From a virus (taxonomy: Duplodnaviria > Caudoviricetes): DNA of 64,000 nt. The stretch is taken from the IMG/VR virus record IMGVR_UViG_3300037067_003527, positions 1 to 64,000 of that record. One strand, given 5' to 3'. Under the pieces are notes generated by a model. It worked only from the letters and a program-made list of their open reading frames with translations. It did no database searches and was not told where the DNA came from. This document shows, piece after piece, positions 58,311 through 64,000 of the stretch; within the stretch, counting starts at the first letter, position 1, and each line of letters opens with the position of its first letter. The position numbers and the translations under genes are program-made.

Positions 58311-59363
58311 ATGAAATTATGTATATTAACTGATATTCATTTTGGTATAAAAAATGATGATGAAAAATATTTAACTCAATATCAATTACCAATACTAAAT
58401 AAAATATTACAATATTGTTGTGATAATAATATTACAACAATTATACATTTAGGAGATTTATTTAATTCAAGAAAAAAAATTGATATAAGAACTTGGAAAA
58501 CAATAAAAACTAATTTTTTTGACATATTAAAAAAACATCATATTAATTTTATTACAATAACAGGAAATCATGATTTATATTATACATCAGATTCTAGTGT
58601 TTCTTCTTATTCTATTTTAGAAGAATATAATAATATAAAAATAATTAATACTATTGAAACTATTAAATTTGATAATTGTTCATTTTGTTTTGTTCCTTGG
58701 CTTTCTAATGAACAAGAAAAAAAAGAATTTTTACAAACTATTAATACTACGTCTTTCAATATTTTAGCAGGACATTTTGATATTCAAGACTTTGAAATAA
58801 CAAAAGGTATAATATCAACAAATGGATTTAACAAACAAATATTTTCTAATATAGAATTAGTATTATCTGGACATTATCATACTAAACAACAACAAGAAAA
58901 TATTTTATATTTAGGTACTCAATATGAATTAAACTGGAATGATTATAATCAACAAAAAGGGTATTACGTTTTTGATACTATAAATCATTCTATAGAATTT
59001 AATGAATTAGATACTGAATTACATATGAAAATATTATATACAGATGATTTTTATAATTCAATTAATGATGATTATTTTTATAAATTTAATAATAAACCTC
59101 TTATTATAAGAATAATTGTTCAACAATGTTCTAATGAAAAACAATTACAAGATTTTATTTCAAAACTTGAACAAACAAAAGTATGGGAAATAAATATTAT
59201 AGATAATACAACATATCATACCATTCTTAAAAATATTGAATATAATAATGATAATCAAAATTTAATAGAAATAATAAAAGAATATTTAGTTATTACTAAA
59301 CAGTATAATGATACATTATTTAAAATTATAAGTAAAATATATTTAGAATCTCAGGAGATATAA
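58311..59363 (+). CDS. Recombination nuclease subunit (T4 gp47 / Mre11-SbcD-like)
   Basis: TDIHFG, GDLF, GNHD, VPW, SGHYH. Start moved to ATG 58311. Confidence 0.95.
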   Translation: MKLCILTDIHFGIKNDDEKYLTQYQLPILNKILQYCCDNNITTIIHLGDLFNSRKKIDIRTWKTIKTNFFDILKKHHINFITITGNHDLYYTSDSSVSSYSILEEYNNIKIINTIETIKFDNCSFCFVPWLSNEQEKKEFLQTINTTSFNILAGHFDIQDFEITKGIISTNGFNKQIFSNIELVLSGHYHTKQQQENILYLGTQYELNWNDYNQQKGYYVFDTINHSIEFNELDTELHMKILYTDDFYNSINDDYFYKFNNKPLIIRIIVQQCSNEKQLQDFISKLEQTKVWEINIIDNTTYHTILKNIEYNNDNQNLIEIIKEYLVITKQYNDTLFKIISKIYLESQEI

Positions 59364-61703
59364 ATGTTTGAAATTGAAAAAATAGAATTCAAAAATATAC
59401 TCCGTTATGGAAATGAAATAACAACAATTGATTTTAATGATTTTAATTCTGTATCTATTATTGGTAAAAATGGTTCTGGTAAAACATCATCAATTGTTGA
59501 ACCATTATTTTTTGGTCTATATGGAAAACCATATAGAAAAGGAATGAAAAAAGATAAATTAATTAATAAAATAAATAAAAAAGATTGTTATGTTAAAATA
59601 ACATGTAAACAATATGGTAATTCATATACAATTGAAAGAGGTATAAAACCTTCAATTTTAAAAGTAAGTAAAAACGGTGAAGAATTAAAAGAATCTGTTT
59701 CAAAAACAGATTTTCAAAAAGATGTTATTGAAAAAATAATAGGAGTTGATTATAAAACATTTAAACAAATGATTATAATTGACAATAAATTTTATACACC
59801 TTTTATGTGTTTAAATAGTGAAGAGAAAAAACAAATAGTTGATAAATTATTTAGTCTTATTGATATTACAATAATGAATGATATATCTAAAAAATATAAA
59901 ATAAAATCTAATGAAAGAATAACAGAATTTCAAAATGAAATATCTTTATTAAAAGAAAAAATTACTATTAATAAACAATTAGAATTAGAAAATAATAATC
60001 AAAAAATATTAGATTTAACTAATAATATTAATTCCAATACACTTTCATTACAAGAAATAAATAATACATATAATATAATTATACAATCTATTGATAAAAT
60101 GTTAATTCAAGAAAAACAAATAACTAATGATTTAAATAAATATGAATTACAACAATCATATACACAAGCATATGAAAATAAACAACAATATGAACAAGAA
60201 TTAAAACAATATAAATCACAATATTCAATAATAAAAGAACAATATAATAATACAATAAAACAATTATCAGATATTATAAAATATGAAGAATATATCACTA
60301 TACAAAAAAAATTAGATTTATTACATAAAGATAATATAACAAATAAAGAATATATTGATAAATATACTATTATTACTAATAGATGTAATAATATGCTTGA
60401 TGAAGCATATAAAGAAAAAGATAGTTTAATTAATATCATTAATACTATTAAACAAAGTATTAATGATATTAATTATGATATTAATAAAAATAATGAAAAA
60501 ATAAATTTATTATTATTAGGTAAATGTGATAAATGTGGACATGTATTTGAAAATAAAGATGAAGATATTAAACATATAATAATACATAACGAAGAGTTAA
60601 TTAAAAAAATAACTAATTTAGAACAACAAATAGTATTAAATAATACTAATAAATCAATATATGAAAAATATATTAAAAAATTAACTGTAATTAAAACTAA
60701 TTCAAATTCAAATTATATATCATATAATACAATTATAGATAAAAATAAAAATGAAATTTCAGATATAGAAAAAAAATTATCAACATATACTAATACTATT
60801 AATACTAATATTATTAATACTAATACTATTAATAAAACAAAAGAAGAATTACATGAAATTATAAATAATTTAGCAGTTGATATGACTACTATACATGGTT
60901 CTATTTTACATTATGAAAGTCTTATTATAAATATAGATAAACAGTTTGATTTTTCAAAACAACAAGAATATATTGAATATAATGTAGATGAACTAAAAAC
61001 TAAAAAACAAAAATTAAAACAACAATATGAAGAAAATTGTATACAAAAAAAAGTATTAGAACAAAATATTAATACATTAAAACAAAATATACAAAAAGAT
61101 TCTGATAAAGTAGAAGAATTAAAAAGAAAACCTATTGGAACTATTAATATTATATTATTAGATTCTAAATTAAAACAGTTAGAAAATAAAAAAATTAATG
61201 AACAAGGAATGTTTAACTGCTTTAAACAAGCAGAAGAAATATTAGGTAAAGATGGTGTTAAAACGTTTGCTATAAAAAAATATTTACCTACATTTAACGC
61301 TTTAATTTCTAAATATCTTGAAATACTAGGTTCTAGATATATATTTTCTCTTAATGAAAATATGGAAGAAGAAATTAATGAAAAATTTAGAAATGTAGAA
61401 GAATATACTTCTATGTCAGCAGGTGAACAAGCTAGAGTAGATTTAGCCATATTATTTGCTATGATTGATTTTTCAGAAATAAAAAATCAATGTAAAACTA
61501 ATTTTTTAATACTTGATGAATTTTTGGGTGCTAGTGGTTCACTTGATAGTGAAGGTAAAGAAACAATAGTTCAATTATTACAAACTAAAATTAATAAAAA
61601 ATTACTTGTCATAACACATGATGAAGAAATTAAAAATATGTTTGAAAAACATTATGAAGCAATTAGAGATGGTATTTTTTCTACTTTAAAAAAAGGATGG
61701 TAA
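59364..61703 (+). CDS. Recombination ATPase subunit (T4 gp46 / Rad50-SbcC-like)
   Basis: GKNGSGKT, coiled coils with CDKC hook, SAGE signature, LILDE, ITH. Confidence 0.95.
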   Translation: MFEIEKIEFKNILRYGNEITTIDFNDFNSVSIIGKNGSGKTSSIVEPLFFGLYGKPYRKGMKKDKLINKINKKDCYVKITCKQYGNSYTIERGIKPSILKVSKNGEELKESVSKTDFQKDVIEKIIGVDYKTFKQMIIIDNKFYTPFMCLNSEEKKQIVDKLFSLIDITIMNDISKKYKIKSNERITEFQNEISLLKEKITINKQLELENNNQKILDLTNNINSNTLSLQEINNTYNIIIQSIDKMLIQEKQITNDLNKYELQQSYTQAYENKQQYEQELKQYKSQYSIIKEQYNNTIKQLSDIIKYEEYITIQKKLDLLHKDNITNKEYIDKYTIITNRCNNMLDEAYKEKDSLINIINTIKQSINDINYDINKNNEKINLLLLGKCDKCGHVFENKDEDIKHIIIHNEELIKKITNLEQQIVLNNTNKSIYEKYIKKLTVIKTNSNSNYISYNTIIDKNKNEISDIEKKLSTYTNTINTNIINTNTINKTKEELHEIINNLAVDMTTIHGSILHYESLIINIDKQFDFSKQQEYIEYNVDELKTKKQKLKQQYEENCIQKKVLEQNINTLKQNIQKDSDKVEELKRKPIGTINIILLDSKLKQLENKKINEQGMFNCFKQAEEILGKDGVKTFAIKKYLPTFNALISKYLEILGSRYIFSLNENMEEEINEKFRNVEEYTSMSAGEQARVDLAILFAMIDFSEIKNQCKTNFLILDEFLGASGSLDSEGKETIVQLLQTKINKKLLVITHDEEIKNMFEKHYEAIRDGIFSTLKKGW

Positions 61704-61754
61704 TATGATTATAACACTTTTTATGGTAATATGATTATAATATTAACAATTATA
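61664..61754 (+). repeat. Direct repeat copy 1 (~90 bp) flanking the methyltransferase
   Basis: TAGAGATGGTATTTTTTCTACTTTAAAAAAAGGATGGTAATATGATTATAACA...ATTATAATATTAACAATTATA. Confidence 0.88.
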
Positions 61755-61796
61755 AGAGATTAAAACAAACAAAAAATTATTTAAAAGAGATAAAAT

Positions 61797-62432
61797 ATGA
61801 AAAATAAACCATACTATGATAAAAATGGAATAACGATATACAACGGAGATTGTATAGAAATAATGAAGCAATTTAATGACAAAAGTTTTGACATTGTACT
61901 GACTGATCCACCATATGGAATTAATTTTCAAAGCAATTATAGAAAAATAAAACATGATAAAATTGTCAATGATGATGTGTTTAATATTGAAGCTGTAAAT
62001 GAATTTTTTAGATTAGCAATTAATGCAGTATATGTTTTTTGCAGATGGGATAATTTGATAACATTACCAAAGCCAAAATCATTTATTGTTTGGGTAAAAA
62101 ATAACTGGTCTATGGGAGACTTAAAACATGAACACGGTAGACAATGGGAAGGAATTGCTTTTTATCCTCAAGAAAAGCATAAATTTATTAAAAGAATACC
62201 AGATGTAATAAATGCAAAAAGAACGAAAAATAATTTACATCCTACAGAAAAACCAGTAGAATTAATTGAAGAATTAATTAAAAATAATGAAGGAGATCTA
62301 ATAATTGATCCATTTATGGGAAGTGGAACAACACTTGTTGCAGCTCGTAATCTTGGAAGAAAAGCAATAGGTATAGAATTATCAGAAAAATATTGTGAAA
62401 TAGCTGTAAAGAGACTAAATGAAAATATATAA
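61797..62432 (+). CDS. Orphan N6-adenine/N4-cytosine DNA methyltransferase (beta class)
   Basis: GDC, TDPPYG, HPTEKP, DPFMGSGTT, GIEL. Confidence 0.95.
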   Translation: MKNKPYYDKNGITIYNGDCIEIMKQFNDKSFDIVLTDPPYGINFQSNYRKIKHDKIVNDDVFNIEAVNEFFRLAINAVYVFCRWDNLITLPKPKSFIVWVKNNWSMGDLKHEHGRQWEGIAFYPQEKHKFIKRIPDVINAKRTKNNLHPTEKPVELIEELIKNNEGDLIIDPFMGSGTTLVAARNLGRKAIGIELSEKYCEIAVKRLNENI

Positions 62433-62457
62433 AATAATTATTAGATTATTAAGTAAC

Positions 62458-62549
62458 TAGAGACGGCTTTTTTCTATTTAAAAAAAAAGGATGGTAATAT
62501 GATTATAACATTTTTTACGGTAATTTGTATTATAATATTAACAATTATA
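62458..62549 (+). repeat. Direct repeat copy 2 (~90 bp) flanking the methyltransferase
   Basis: TAGAGACGGCTTTTTTCTATTTAAAAAAAAAGGATGGTAATATGATTATAACA...ATTATAATATTAACAATTATA. Confidence 0.88.
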
Positions 62550-62696
62550 TTTAATAAATTATTTGTTATGTTTCAACTAAATGAAAATGAACAAGAAAAG
62601 CCGGAATTTAATAGTAAAGATATTTTACGTATAATTTTTACTATAGTTGAATTTATATGTATTGGTATTATTATTTATATCAATAGAGGTTTATAA
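62499..62696 (+). CDS. Small 2-TM membrane protein
   Basis: Two hydrophobic segments; AAGGA RBS. Confidence 0.65.
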   Translation: MIITFFTVICIIILTIIFNKLFVMFQLNENEQEKPEFNSKDILRIIFTIVEFICIGIIIYINRGL

Positions 62697-62872
62697 TGGA
62701 ATCAATTAGACATTATTCATTAACAGAAGATAGTAAATATATTATGATGGAATCTACCCAAAAAGTAATAGATGGTAATGGATTATCTGTTGGTGATAAA
62801 ATTAACGTTGTATATTTTTCTAAAGAAGAGGTAGAATATATGTATAATTTATTTTCTAAAAATAAAAATTAA
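62696..62872 (+). CDS. Hypothetical protein (58 aa, below track cutoff)
   Basis: MESIRHYSLTEDSKYIMM...; GAGG RBS; TAATG overlaps at both ends. Confidence 0.6.
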   Translation: MESIRHYSLTEDSKYIMMESTQKVIDGNGLSVGDKINVVYFSKEEVEYMYNLFSKNKN

Positions 62873-63492
62873 TGAAAATAGGTATAGATTCTTCTTTTAC
62901 GTCTCCTGGTATAACTGTAGAGGTAGATAATATGTTGTATTTTTATTTTTTTTCAAATAAAAAAAAATATGAAAATTTTTTTTATAAAGAAAAAAATATA
63001 ATGATTACCTGTTTTAAAAAACCTGAGTTTGAATATAGAATTCAAGATATGAAATATTATGTTAATATAATAATTAAATCTATATTAAATATTATTAATG
63101 ATACTAATACTAATAATAATATAAACGTTGGTATTGAAGGATATTCTTATAATAGTGCTTTATCTCAAGGTGCTTCTAAATTATATGAATTAGGAGGTAT
63201 TTTACGATATGAGTTATTCAACAATTTTAATATTATACCACAAGAATTTCCACCAACTACTATAAAAAAATATTTTACTGGTTCTGGAACATCTACAAAA
63301 TTTTCTATGGTACATCAATTTATATCTTGTACTAATTTAGATTGGTTTAACATTTTAAATATAAAACAAGATATACAAGATTTATCTCCGTTATCAGATA
63401 TTGCTGATAGTTATGCTGTAATGAAATATATAACACAGGAAAAAATAAATCAAATAAATATAGTTGATAATATTATACAACTATTTGAATAA
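62872..63492 (+). CDS. RuvC-like (RNase H fold) Holliday junction resolvase
   Basis: IGIDSSFTSPG, IEGYSY, ELGGIL, PPTTIKK..TGSG..TK, DIADS. Confidence 0.85.
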   Translation: MKIGIDSSFTSPGITVEVDNMLYFYFFSNKKKYENFFYKEKNIMITCFKKPEFEYRIQDMKYYVNIIIKSILNIINDTNTNNNINVGIEGYSYNSALSQGASKLYELGGILRYELFNNFNIIPQEFPPTTIKKYFTGSGTSTKFSMVHQFISCTNLDWFNILNIKQDIQDLSPLSDIADSYAVMKYITQEKINQINIVDNIIQLFE

Positions 63493-63517
63493 ATATAAAT
63501 AATAGACGAGGAATAAA

Positions 63518-63766
63518 ATGCAATTATCTATAATATCAAATGATTTATCACAATTTATAGTTGATTATAAAGACACTAAAAATTTTACTACATTTAAAGA
63601 AACAATTGAGGATATATTAGAAACTAAAATATTTAATTTTTTAACATATTCTAATATATCTAAATTTCTAACTCATTCATTAAAAGAGCAATTATTTAAT
63701 GAATATAAACAATGTAATTTAATTAAAAAAGAATATGTTGATGATTCTGTAAAACCTTTATTCTAA
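63518..63766 (+). CDS. Hypothetical protein (possible gp33-like late coactivator)
   Basis: 82 aa with RBS; ISKFLTHSLKEQL...E...NLIK pattern is weakly reminiscent of gp33; TATAAATA at 63494. Confidence 0.5.
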   Translation: MQLSIISNDLSQFIVDYKDTKNFTTFKETIEDILETKIFNFLTYSNISKFLTHSLKEQLFNEYKQCNLIKKEYVDDSVKPLF

Positions 63767-63780
63767 GGAGTGTACATAAT

Positions 63781-64000
63781 ATGGATTTTAATCTAAAGTA
63801 TAAAAACGGTATTTTAATTGATGAAACAATAGTTGCTGATATTAAAGAAAAATTAGATGAATATGAAATTACAGATGAAGACATACATAAATTAATTAAA
63901 AAAATTAATTATAATGATGAACATTATCAGTTTGTATATAATTTAGGTTTATTTATAGGGTCGGTAATGCAAAAAGAATATTCTAAATATGAAATTAAAA
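63781..64000 (+). CDS. Hypothetical protein, runs off window end
   Basis: AAGGAG RBS, ATG 63781, frame open to 64000. Confidence 0.6.
   Translation, partial: MDFNLKYKNGILIDETIVADIKEKLDEYEITDEDIHKLIKKINYNDEHYQFVYNLGLFIGSVMQKEYSKYEIK

Noticed and set aside
60789-60833. 15-bp tandem repeat (TNTIN x3) in gp46
   Set aside because: Low-complexity in-frame slippage within a coiled-coil linker; no sign of function.
1-64000. tRNA, rRNA, introns, inteins, transposases, strong intrinsic terminators
   Set aside because: None recognisable by eye. Intergenic gaps are short and lack GC-rich stems followed by a U-tract.

Overview
Very AT-rich segment (roughly 20-25% GC by eye) of a large T4-superfamily-like myovirus genome, standard genetic code. 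Positions 1-3983 (- strand) hold two tryptophan-repeat paralogs, small ORFs and an NAD-dependent DNA ligase. Positions 4149-30670 (+) are the contractile tail module: sheath, tube, gp54/26/51-like, tape measure, gp48/53/27/25/5/6/7-like, two paralogous fibres and a set of YVTN-type beta-propeller proteins. Small genes with a T4-type capsid-targeting N-terminus are interleaved in this module. Positions 30745-54463 hold a lipoprotein metallopeptidase and a ~23 kb glycosylation island (many glycosyltransferases, gmd/fcl, kinase-methyltransferase, HAD-nucleotidyltransferase), with a lipase and a lysis cassette inside it. Positions 54591-64000 hold a DinG-like helicase, gp55 late sigma factor, gp47/gp46, a DNA methyltransferase flanked by a ~90 bp direct repeat, and a RuvC-like nuclease. 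Most notable: (1) a U_UUU_UUA slippery site plus a 21-bp stem predicts a programmed -1 frameshift fusing the gp26-like and gp51-like ORFs just upstream of the tape-measure gene; (2) an intact receiver domain and a membrane protein with an MshEN (c-di-GMP-binding) motif pair lie inside the holin/endolysin cassette; (3) six putative head-packaged proteins include an encapsulin-cargo-type ferritin and two ADP-ribosyltransferase-like proteins. All functional calls are by motif recognition only; no searches were run.
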